DNA of 64,000 bases from an uncultured Actinomycetes bacterium (lineage in GTDB: Bacteria; Actinomycetota; Thermoleophilia; Solirubrobacterales; Solirubrobacteraceae): assembly GCA_963846975.1 (NCBI GenBank), contig CAWJXY010000002.1, positions 14,166 through 78,165 of the forward strand, given 5' to 3'. The position numbers and the translations under genes are program-made. The stretch's first letter is position 1. Each line of letters starts with the position of its first letter. This document shows positions 33,396-41,694 of this stretch, piece after piece. The notes under the pieces are model-generated. The model was given only the letters and a program-made list of their open reading frames with translations, searched no databases and had not been told where the DNA came from.

Positions 33396-34112
33396 GAGCA
33401 GTTGGTCCCCAGTTTCGGCGTGGACGGGTTCAGCCACGCGGGTGTACACGTCGTTCTGGAAGCTCGACGCCAAGTCGCTGATCGACGTTGGCGTTCGCGT
33501 TGCCGGAGCCGAAGATCGCGGAAGGAGATCTTCACGTCGACCGCCTGCGCGGCGCGCTGAGTGCGTCGAGCGGGATCGCCATCGGCGTCGGGAACAGGCC
33601 GACGCCTCCGGTCGTGGTGTCGAACTGGTAGTACTGGAACATGGGAACGCCTGTGATCGGCAGCACGTTGGTGAGCAGCGTGACCGTCGTCGCCGACGCC
33701 GTTGAACTTCGTGTTGGGCGGGAAGCCAGCGCCCGGGACGCGCGTCTCGACGATCTTGCCCGGCGTGCCGGCCGGGTCCCGAGGGCGCCGGCACGTACGG
33801 TGATCGTGCGCTTCATCGGCGGGCTTTGACGTTGCCGCTCAGGTCGTCGGTGAACGTGACCGAGTTGTCGTCGGAACCCGCGACGATGGCCGGGTTCGCA
33901 GGCGCCGATGCAGACCTGCGAGCGCAGCTCACGGGTGATCAGCTCCATCGCGATGCGGCCCTTCTGGGTGCGCCTCCTCGCGCATGCGAGATGTTCGTGT
34001 TCTGTCGCAGCGAGTTCTCGAGCATCAGGAACGCCGCGAACACGACGATCAGGCCGATGACCGTCGCGATCATCAGCTCGACGAGCGTCTGGCCTGATTC
34101 GTCGCGGATCAT
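33392..34112 (-). CDS. PilW-like minor pilin (~240 aa); at least 6 frame breaks
   Basis: MIRDESG|QTLVELMIATVIGLIVVFAAFLMLENSL (E at +5), ...KGRIAMELITRELRSQ..., ...SVTFTDDLSGNV..., ...KRTITVRAGAL..., ...PMFQYYQFDTTTGG..., ...VDVKISF... Recovered from all three frames. Confidence 0.5.
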
Positions 34113-35506
34113 GGGCACGACCCGCTGACTCGTGAGGGACGAAGGGGACGTCGGTGCCGTCCTTGTCCTTGTTCTGGAAGTTCGTGCACCTTGCCGACCT
34201 TGTAGCGTCGCCGAACTCGCGCAGATGTTGTACGTGCCGTACGGGAAGCCCGCGTGCTCGCAGGCGGCAGCTGACCGCGTTGCGCCGGACCGGCGTGGCC
34301 GACGGGATTGCTGCCATCGCCGGTCGTCGCGGTGACGATCTTGGTGCCGCACGCCGGGTTCGTCGGCGTGATCGTACACCGTGGCGTTCGGCACTGCGGA
34401 AGACCGGCCGCTCCTTGACCATGACGTTGATCGCCGGGACGTCGACGTCCTCCAGGTAGGTCGGGCGCGCCGGGGCCGGCGTTGTCGATCGTCGTCATCG
34501 GGCGCGACGTCGGAGCCCGGCTGGCCTTCCAGTACGTCGGGTCGTCGGTCGGGCAGCCACCGGCGTAGATGCCGTAGCCATCGTGGAACGGGAACAGCGT
34601 CGTCGCCGGTGCTGATCGTGGCCGAGCGCGCGCCGCTGGCGGTCGCCGGGAACACCCGCACGCCGCCGAGCGGCGCCTCGGGCGGCGGGGCGATCATCTT
34701 GGGCTGCGAGAAGCTGACCTGCTGGACGCTCGTCGCGGCGCGCGCCGTCTGGCGGTAGGGGTAGGTCCAGAACTTGACGGTCGGCCGACGTCGGGACGTC
34801 CATGATGAACGAGCAGATCGCCGTCGAGCCATCGGGCGCGCGGCAGTTCTGCTTGGCCGGCTGGTTGCCGCCGACGTCGACCCAGCCGGCTCTGGGTGGC
34901 CTGCGCGACGTAGTTGCCGGACGGGATGTAGCCGAACACGGCGCAGCCGTTGTCGTCGGTGATGATCGTTGAACGACGAGCCGAGCGGACACGGCGTCGA
35001 CGAGACCGGGCTGCCGTCGCGGTCGGTGAGCTTGATGCCGATCGAGCCCTGGCCGGGTCCGAACGAGCCGACCGGCGGCGTGACGTAGCTCTGAGCGGCG
35101 ACGGGCCGGGTGATGCCCATGCCCTTCCAGGTGACCGTCGAGGTGATCTCGATGTAGCTGCCCTGGGTGTCGCTGCTCGTGCAGTTGGCGATGCCGGTGT
35201 CGTCGTTGATCCAGTCGGCGCGCTCCTTGACCGTGTACTGCACGCCGCCGACGAGCGTGTGCGGCGGCCGGAACGGTGGCGCGAAGGTTCGAGAGGTGCG
35301 CGGACCGTGTAGGTGCGCATGCGCTCCTGGTCGGTCTGCGCGAGGCTGGCGGCGATCGAGCGCTGCTTGTTGATGCTCGAGGCGCGGCTGCTGCCGTCGA
35401 ACCCACTGAGCAGGCCGATCATCAGCGCGGCCATGAGGGCGGCACCCATCACGACCTCGATGAGCATCCATCCGTCTTCGTTGGAGACTGCGCGATTGAG
35501 GCGCAT
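34109..35506 (-). CDS. Large (~465 aa) minor pilin / pilus-tip candidate; many frame breaks
   Basis: MRLNRAVSNEDG|WMLIEVVMGAALMAALMIGLLSGF (E at +5). Later pieces VGGVQYTVKERADWINDDTGIANCTSSDTQGSYIEITSTVTWKGMGITRPVAAQSYVTPP and IITDDNGCAVFGYIPSGNYV lie in other frames. Confidence 0.5.
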
Positions 35507-35527
35507 GTCACCTCTCACCATCGGACG

Positions 35528-35557
35528 GTTATACGCCGCATTGAGAAGGTCCGTGAA
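35528..35557 (-). promoter_or_regulatory. Putative promoter TTCACG-N18-TATAAC for the minor-pilin operon
   Basis: On the minus strand: ggaTTTCACGgaccttctcaatgcggcgTATAACcgtccgatggtgagaggtgacATG. It lies just downstream of the TGGAC repeats. Confidence 0.3.
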
Positions 35558-35562
35558 ATCCC

Positions 35563-35599
35563 TGGACATTCTCTGGACACCCTTGGACGTTCTCTGGAC
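35563..35599 (-). promoter_or_regulatory. Four direct TGGAC repeats at 11/10/11-nt spacing (two copies of a ~21-nt unit), a candidate activator binding array
   Basis: TGGAC at 35563, 35574, 35584 and 35595. On the gene strand this reads cGTCCAGAGAAcGTCCAAGGgtGTCCAGAGAAtGTCCAGGG, 57-93 nt upstream of the ATG at 35506. Confidence 0.4.
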
Positions 35600-35630
35600 G
35601 CTCGGGCGCGCCGTGTCACAAACCCGAACG

Positions 35631-35674
35631 CAATAAAAGTGAAGGGGGCGGGTCCTGATGGACCCGCCCCCTTC
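35631..35674 (-). terminator. Rho-independent terminator after pilA
   Basis: Perfect 15-bp stem gaagggggcgggtcc/ggacccgcccccttc with loop tgat, followed on the minus strand by ACUUUUAUUG. It sits 26 nt after the pilA stop. Confidence 0.75.
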
Positions 35675-35699
35675 GCACTTCAGGTTCTGGACTGGTGTC

Positions 35700-36162
35700 C
35701 TACCAGGACTGGCTGGCCGGGCAGGAGCCGGTGCTCGCCGGCGAGCAGGACCGCGTGATGTTGCCGGTCGAGCTACGGATGATCGAGTACGTGACACGTC
35801 GACTTCGACTGCAGCGGTGATCGTGTAGCCGGTCGTCGACGACGCGGTGACGGCGACCTGGAGCCGGCGGCAGGCGTGCCATCGACGAGCGGGAGGCCGG
35901 TCGAAGCGGTGTTGCCCTGCGTCAGCTGGGCGACGCTGGTGCACAGCGTGTAGTCGGTGGTGTCGGCGTAGCACGACTCGACCTGCGAGACGAGGTTACG
36001 GGCGTTGGACTTCGCGGAAGCGTCCTGGCCCTTCTTCTGCTGGCCCAGGAAGGTCGGCAGAGCGATCGCGGCCAGAATGCCGATGATCAGGATGACAACG
36101 AGGAGCTCCACCAGCGTGAAGCCCTCCTCCCGCGAAGCGCGGGTGCGCAGCGAGTGCAGCAT
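35700..36162 (-). CDS. pilA: Major type IV pilin; at least 2 frame breaks in the C-terminal half
   Basis: AAGGAGG Shine-Dalgarno sequence 9 nt upstream. MLHSLRTRASREEG|FTLVELLVVILIIGILAAIALPTFLGQQKKGQD (class III signal, E5). The C-terminal Cys pair ...RSCSPASTGSCPASQSW is found in ORF 35700-35882. Confidence 0.85.
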
Positions 36163-36286
36163 GTGAATAGCCCCTCCTTGGGGGTGATCTGGGTCTGGGG
36201 CTCCACTTGCTTTCAAGCAGCAGCCCCGGCTTAGTCCGGTATATCGCCCGCTCGTCAGGGTCCTTGAGGCAACGCCGAGGGCCGTC

Positions 36287-36335
36287 TGGACACTTCCTGG
36301 CCACTCTGGACGGCTGTCCAATTCACGCCGGTCCA
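36287..36335 (-). promoter_or_regulatory. TGGAC/TGGCC/TGGAC direct repeats plus inverted GTCCA copies upstream of pilA
   Basis: TGGAC 36287, TGGCC 36298, TGGAC 36307 (spacing 11 and 9 nt). This is followed by the palindrome TGGACggctGTCCA (36307-36320) and GTCCA at 36331. It is the same core as the array at 35563-35599. Confidence 0.4.
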
Positions 36336-36359
36336 TGGTCTAGGACAATTGCGGTCATC

Positions 36360-36810
36360 GTGCTCGGACGACGTCTTCTCCTGTGGATGGCCGCGCTGCT
36401 CGGCCTGGCCCTCGTGGTCGGGTCGATCGCGCCGCAGCGCGAGGCGCCGACGCGGCCCTATCCGATCACGCCCGGCGCGCCGGGCGCCAACCCGGGGCCG
36501 GTCCGCAAGCTCGTGCTGAAGCCGGGCGGGCGCGTCGTCGCGCGGGTCGGAGAGGCCGTCGACATCAAGGTCGCGGTCGAGACGCCGGACACGGTCGAGA
36601 TCGACGCGCTCGGGGTGTCGATGTTCGCCGACCCCCGGAGCTGCGGCCCAGCTCCAGTTCCTCGCCTACCCGGCCGGCACGTACCCGGTGACGCTCCACG
36701 ACACCGGTCGGACGGTCGGAACGCTCGTGATCGCGCGGGCTCAGGCGCCGCCCGTGCCGCCGTCCGGCGTGCCCGACTCGGGCGCCGGCCGCGCCTCGGC
36801 GACCGCCTGA
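36360..36810 (+). CDS. Membrane-anchored small protein with cupredoxin-like C-terminal domain; one frame break in a C5 run (36632-36636)
   Basis: VLGRRLLLWMAALLGLALVVGSIAP (TM), KLVLKPGGRVVARVGEAVDIKVAVETPDTVEID. After removing one C: FADPGAAAQLQFLAYPAGTYPVTLHDTGRTVGTLVI. Confidence 0.4.
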
Positions 36811-36971
36811 GCGTCACGCTCGGGGTCGAACACCCCGGAGCCGCCGCACCACGGGCAGCGTGACGGTCGACGGCGTCCCGCCGAGGTTGGAGATCAGCGC
36901 GCCGGTCCCGCGACACGGCGAGCACGGGCGCGGGGGCTGATCGTCGTCTGGGGTGTCGGCGTCGGTGCTCA
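36741..36971 (-). CDS. Small DnaJ-type zinc-finger protein (two CxxCxGxG motifs); one frame break ~36870
   Basis: VSTDADTPDDDQPPRPCSPCRGTGALISNLGG... then, in another frame, ...RCPWCGGSGVFDPERDAQAV...* (stop at 36741-36743). Confidence 0.45.
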
Positions 36972-36987
36972 CGAGTCGGCGAGGATA

Positions 36988-37894
36988 GTGGGGATGGCGG
37001 TCCGGAGCCCGAACGGGCGCTTCGCGCCCTCCCCCAGCGCCGATCTGCACCTCGGCAACCTGCGGACCGCGCTGCTGGCGTGGCTGTATGCGCGCGCGCA
37101 GGATGCGCGGTTCTTCATGCGCGTCGACGACCTCGACCGCGGGCGATCGCGGGCCGAGGTCGCCGACCGCCAGCTCGCCGACCTCGCGCGCGCTCGGGCT
37201 CGACTGGGATGGAGCCGGTCGTCCATCAGTCCCAGCGCGCCGCGCGCTACGACGAGGCGCTGGAGGCGCTGCGCGATGCGGGCCTCGTCTACCGCTGCTG
37301 GTGTACGCGCGCCGAGATCCGCGACGCCGCGCAAGCGCCGCACGGCGAGGCGGGCGCCGACGCCTATCCGGGCACCTGCGCGACGCTCAGCGCGGCGCAG
37401 ATCGCGCAGCGCGAGCGCTCGGGCCGCCCGCCGGCGCTGCGCGTGCGCGCCGCCGGCGCGCGCGTGGCGTTCACCGACCGGCTGGCCGGCGCCGTCGACG
37501 AGCGTGCTCGACGACTTCGTCGTGCGGCGCAACGACGCAACGCACGCCTACAACCTGGCGGTCGTCGTCGACGACGACGACATCGGCGTCGGCGAGGTCG
37601 TGCGCGGCGCCGACCTGATCGGTACCACCGGCCGCCAGCTGTGGCTGTACGAACGCCTGGGCCGCCCGGCGCCCACCTACGCCCACGTCCCGCTGATGCT
37701 CGGCGACGACGGCGAGCGGCTGGCCAAGCGCCACGGCGCGGTGACGATGCGCGAGCGCATCGCGCTCGGCGAGAGCCCGAGCAGGTTTGCGGCGCTTGGG
37801 CGCCTCGGTCGGGCTGTGCGAGCCGGGCGCGGCCACGACGCCGCGCGGCCTGCTGGCCGCATTTGACCCCGGTTGCGCCCTGCAAGCGCAGTAG
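36988..37894 (+). CDS. gluQ: Glutamyl-Q tRNA(Asp) synthetase; at least 4 frame breaks
   Basis: GRFAPSPSADLHLGNLRTALLAW (HIGH-type), DAGLVYRCWCTRAEIRDA, AYNLAVVVDDDDIGVGEVVRGADL and RLAKRHGA. The end ...LLAAFDPGCALQAQ* was found in a third frame. Confidence 0.8.
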
Positions 37895-37903
37895 GGTCAC
37901 GTC

Positions 37904-39061
37904 ATGGCGACGATGGCCGAGTTCGCCCAGCGTGCGACCGCGGCGGGGCGCATGGGCATCGACACGGAGTTCATGGGCGAGGGCCGGTATCGGCCCGAGC
38001 TGTTCCTGATCCAGGTCGCGACGCCGCTGCCGGGCGACGGCGAGGAGGGCGACGTCACGGTGCTGGACCCGCTCGAGCCGGGTTTCGACCCCTCTCCCCT
38101 GGCCGCGGTGCTCGCCGACCCGGCCGTCGAGATCGTCCTCCACGCCGGGCGCCAGGACGTCGCGCTGCTGCGCCGCGTCTGGGACACCCGGCTGCACAAC
38201 ATCTTCGACACCCAGGTCGCGGCCGGATTCGCGGGCCTGCGCGCCCAGCTCGGCTACGAGGGGCTGCTGCGCGAGATCCTCGGCGTGCGCCTGCAGAAGT
38301 CCGCCAGCTTCACGCGCTGGGACCAGCGGCCGCTGAGCGCCGAGCAGATCGAGTACGCGCGCGAGGACGTGCTGCACCTGCTCGCGCTCGCCCAGCGCCT
38401 TCAGGAGCGCCTGGCCGACCAGGGGCGCCTGGAGTGGGCGCGCGAGGAGTGCGCGTTCCTCGAGGACATCAGCGACGACCGCGACATCGACGCCCTGTTC
38501 GCCAAGCTGCCGCGCGTCAACTCGCTCGACCCCGGCCGCCGCGCGATCGCCCGCGAGCTCGTCGCGTGGCGCGAGGAGGTCGCGCTCCAGGAGGACCGCC
38601 CGGCGTCGACCGTGCTGCAGGATGCGACGCTCGTCGAGATCGCCAAGCGCCGGCCGCAGTCGCGCGAGCGCCTGGCCCATATCCGCGGCCTCAACGAGGG
38701 CACGCTGCGCCGCCGCGGGCCGGGGCTGCTCGAGGCGATCGAGCGCGGCCGGGAGCGGCCGCCGATCGCGGTCGTCGGCGAGCGCCCGTCGCACCCCGAT
38801 GCGCTGGATGCGCCGGTCATCGCGCTCGCCGAGGCGCTCGTGCGGGCGCGGGCCCTCGAGGCCCAGCTCGCCTACGAGCTGCTGGCCTCGCGCGCCGACC
38901 TGCAGCGGATCGTGCTCGCGGCCCGCGATGGCGACCCGGAGCCCGACGTGCGGACCCTGCGCGGCTGGCGCCGCGAGCTCGTCGGCGCCGAGCTGCTCGC
39001 GATGCTGGACGGCGGGCGGACGCTGAGCGTGCGCGACGGCCGCGTGTTGATCGGGGAATAG
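37904..39061 (+). CDS. rnd: Ribonuclease D (DEDD 3'-5' exonuclease plus HRDC)
   Basis: Intact 385-aa ORF with GIDTEF, LHAGRQDVALL, YAREDVLHLL, then an HRDC-like segment ARELVAWREEVALQEDRP... Confidence 0.9.
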   Translation: MATMAEFAQRATAAGRMGIDTEFMGEGRYRPELFLIQVATPLPGDGEEGDVTVLDPLEPGFDPSPLAAVLADPAVEIVLHAGRQDVALLRRVWDTRLHNIFDTQVAAGFAGLRAQLGYEGLLREILGVRLQKSASFTRWDQRPLSAEQIEYAREDVLHLLALAQRLQERLADQGRLEWAREECAFLEDISDDRDIDALFAKLPRVNSLDPGRRAIARELVAWREEVALQEDRPASTVLQDATLVEIAKRRPQSRERLAHIRGLNEGTLRRRGPGLLEAIERGRERPPIAVVGERPSHPDALDAPVIALAEALVRARALEAQLAYELLASRADLQRIVLAARDGDPEPDVRTLRGWRRELVGAELLAMLDGGRTLSVRDGRVLIGE

Positions 39062-39122
39062 CGAGTAATACCCCGGAGTCATCGTGGCGATGAGCTTCGC
39101 CGCCGATGCCGTCAGGGACGCG

Positions 39123-39931
39123 CTAGGCCCCGGAGGCCTTGGCGATCTCGGCCATCGAGTCGGCGGCGGCGCCGACCTGCGATCGCAGATCGCGGACCTG
39201 CTGCGTGAGCTGCTGCTCGCCGACCGAGTCGGCGTCGACGCCCATCTGCACGACCTGGCCGCGAATCGTCGACAGCATCGTCGTCGTGTGCTCCATCTCG
39301 TCCTCGAACTTGCGCAGCTGCGCCTCCATCTTGCCCATCGTCTGGAGCTGGTCGGAGAGCGCCGAGATCAGCTCCTGCTTGTCGTTGCTCGACGGCGTCG
39401 TCGGCCTGGCTGCAGCTCCGTCACGCGCCCGCTGATCGCCTGCTCATCCTGGGAGTCGAGGTACGAGCGCAGCCGCTGCGCGCGCCGGGCGATCGTCTTG
39501 AGCGCGGCGACGAGGCCGTCGACCTCGTCGGAGAGGTCGTTGAGCGACAGGTCGGAGTCGGCGATCGCCTGGTCGATCAGCTGCTCCTCGCGCAGCGCCG
39601 CGTCCATGTACTTGCGGATCTGCGGGTCGAGCGTCTGCGTCTGGGCCGCCGTCTCGGCCTCGATCTGCGCCTGGCGCGCGGTGCGTGTCTGGTCGCCGAT
39701 CCGCTGCGCCTCGTCGGCGTCGAAGAACGTCATCGCCGCCAGTACGACGTACAGGACGAACGCGAGCGGCACGAGTGCGAGCGTCAGCCCCGAGCCCGAC
39801 AGCCCGTAGAGCACGAGTCCCGCGGCGGCGACGCCGGCCGACGTCATCACGTTCGACGGCTTCGTCGCGGCGTTGACCGCGAGCTCGCGGGTCAGCTCGC
39901 TGCGCGTCTTTGGCTCGACGGCGTTGCTCAT
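39123..39931 (-). CDS. Membrane protein with long coiled-coil C-terminal domain (TelA/XpaC-like by general appearance); one frame break ~39410
   Basis: MSNAVEPKTRSEL..., two TM helices (AGVAAAGLVLYGLSGSGLTLALVPLAFVLYVVLAAM), coiled coil ...LKTIARRAQRLRSYLDSQDEQ... and ORF 39123-39338 (KMEAQLRKFEDEMEH...). Confidence 0.4.
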
Positions 39932-39944
39932 CGCCCTCGTCAGG

Positions 39945-41632
39945 CTAGAAGAACGACGAGATCGACCGGTAGACCTTCTCGATGTCCGACGTGTCCGCGG
40001 TGAATGGCTTGCCGCCGGTCGCCTGTGCGTAGCGCGCGAGCTCGTCGGTGTTGGCGTCGGAGCCGTAGGCGATCGTGAACACGCGGATCTGGCCCGACTC
40101 CTTCTCGCCCTGGGCCGAGAGGATCCGGACCGCCTGGTCGGCCGAGCGCCCCGACGCGGTGTCCTGCCCGTCGGTGAGCACGACGACGGCGTTGATCGCG
40201 TTCTTGTCGAGATGGTCCTGCACGGCCTGGACGCCGTCGACGATCGCATCGCGCAGGCGCGTGTCCTCCTCGGGGAACAGCTCGTCGGTCGCCTGCTCGA
40301 GCTTGGCGCGGTTGGTGGCGCATCGGCGCGATCGGCACGAGCGGCGTGACGTCGGTCGAGAACTTCGTCAGCCCGATGCGGTCCTGCGGCGCCGCCTCGG
40401 CGAAGAACGCCTTGAGGCCCTGCTTGGCCTGGGTGAGCTTGTCCTCGGCGCCCATCGATCCCGAGTTGTCGAACACGACCATCACGTTGGCCGGCTTGCG
40501 GTGCGCGCGCCACTCCGCCTTGATCTTGGCCAGCACCTCGGGCTCGGGCAACGTCAACACCCGCGTCGGCTCGGCCGGGTCGGCGCCGTTGGCGGCCGTG
40601 ACGAGCCCGGCCGGCTTGACCGCGGGGTCGGCCGGGCGGAAGCCGAACCGGCCCGCCTTCTGGGCCGTGACGTCCTTGCCCAGGAACGCCGTGAACTGGC
40701 GCGCGGCCGCCTTCTGGGCCGGCGTCACCCACGGGGCGTTCAGCGTCATCAGCGGGCTGTCGGAGTAGAAGGTGCCGCCCGACGGGTAGATCGCGACGAG
40801 CTTGTCGCCGTGGGACTTGCGGTTGAAGTCGATCAGCGTCGCTTCCTCGATCGCCGCCGCCGACGCGTAGCCCAGCCCGCCCTTGGCGAGCTCGTCCTCG
40901 ACGAACAGCGTCGTGTCGCCGTAGTGGACGATCGAGTTCTCGATCTTGGCGACCTCGTCACGGACCTTGGGGTTGGTCACGTCGGCGACCGTCAGGCCCT
41001 CGCTCTTGCCGGCCGCGGCGTAGTACTGGGCGGCGACCTCCGACAGCCCCGAGGTCGAGAAGTCGGGGTTCGTGTGGACGAACTTGAAGGCGCCGAACTG
41101 CGGCTTGCCGACCGCGGCCCAGCCGTGCTGGGCGAGCTCGCCGAGCTGCTTGTAGCCGAGTTTGTGCTTGGGGTAGCCATAGGCGTCGGCGAGCTGCTTC
41201 CACATCGCGATGACGAGCGGCGTGCGCACGAGCGACGGGTTGTCGGTGGCGGTCAGCGGCTTGTCGGCCTCGTAGTTGGCCAGGCGACCCCAGAACGATG
41301 ACGCGGGCGACCACACGGTCGGCTTGAAGGCGCTGTGGGCGATCTTCGTCTCGGCGTCGCCCGAGGCGATGTTGACCGGCTGGACGAACACCTTCTTGCC
41401 GTTGACGGTCGCGCCCGAGGCGTTGAACTTCGCGACCTCGGCCTTGACCAGGTCCTCCTTCTCGGGCGAGTACGCGAACGAGATCGTCAGTCGCGCCCTT
41501 GGGCGCCTTGACCGTTCCCGTCGTCGACGAAGACGATCCGGAGTTGTCGTCTGACCCGCCGCTGAGCGCGAAGATTCCCGCGATCACGACCAGCACCACG
41601 GCGCCGGCGATCACGACCGACCGATTGCTCAT
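39945..41632 (-). CDS. Secreted/anchored solute-binding-like domain fused to a VWA domain; 2 frame breaks (~40320, ~41495)
   Basis: N-terminal anchor MSNRSVVIAGAVVLVVIAGIFAL and a PBP-like middle region (FKFVHTNPDFSTSGL). The VWA MIDAS motif is VMVVFDNSGSMGAEDKL ... VVLTDGQDT ... FTIAYGSDAN. Confidence 0.75.
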
Positions 41633-41694
41633 GCCCTCTGTCCGCGCCGCATGGGGCGAAGAGCATAGGGCGCGGCGGCGCTACTCTGCGCCCA

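Noticed and set aside
36163-36286. Sigma-54 (GG-N10-GC) or clear sigma-70 promoter for pilA
   Set aside because: No TGGCAC-N5-TTGC-like element was found on the minus strand. The TTGCCT and TATACC hexamers are 23 nt apart, which is too far. The promoter is therefore left unassigned, and only the upstream TGGAC repeats are reported.
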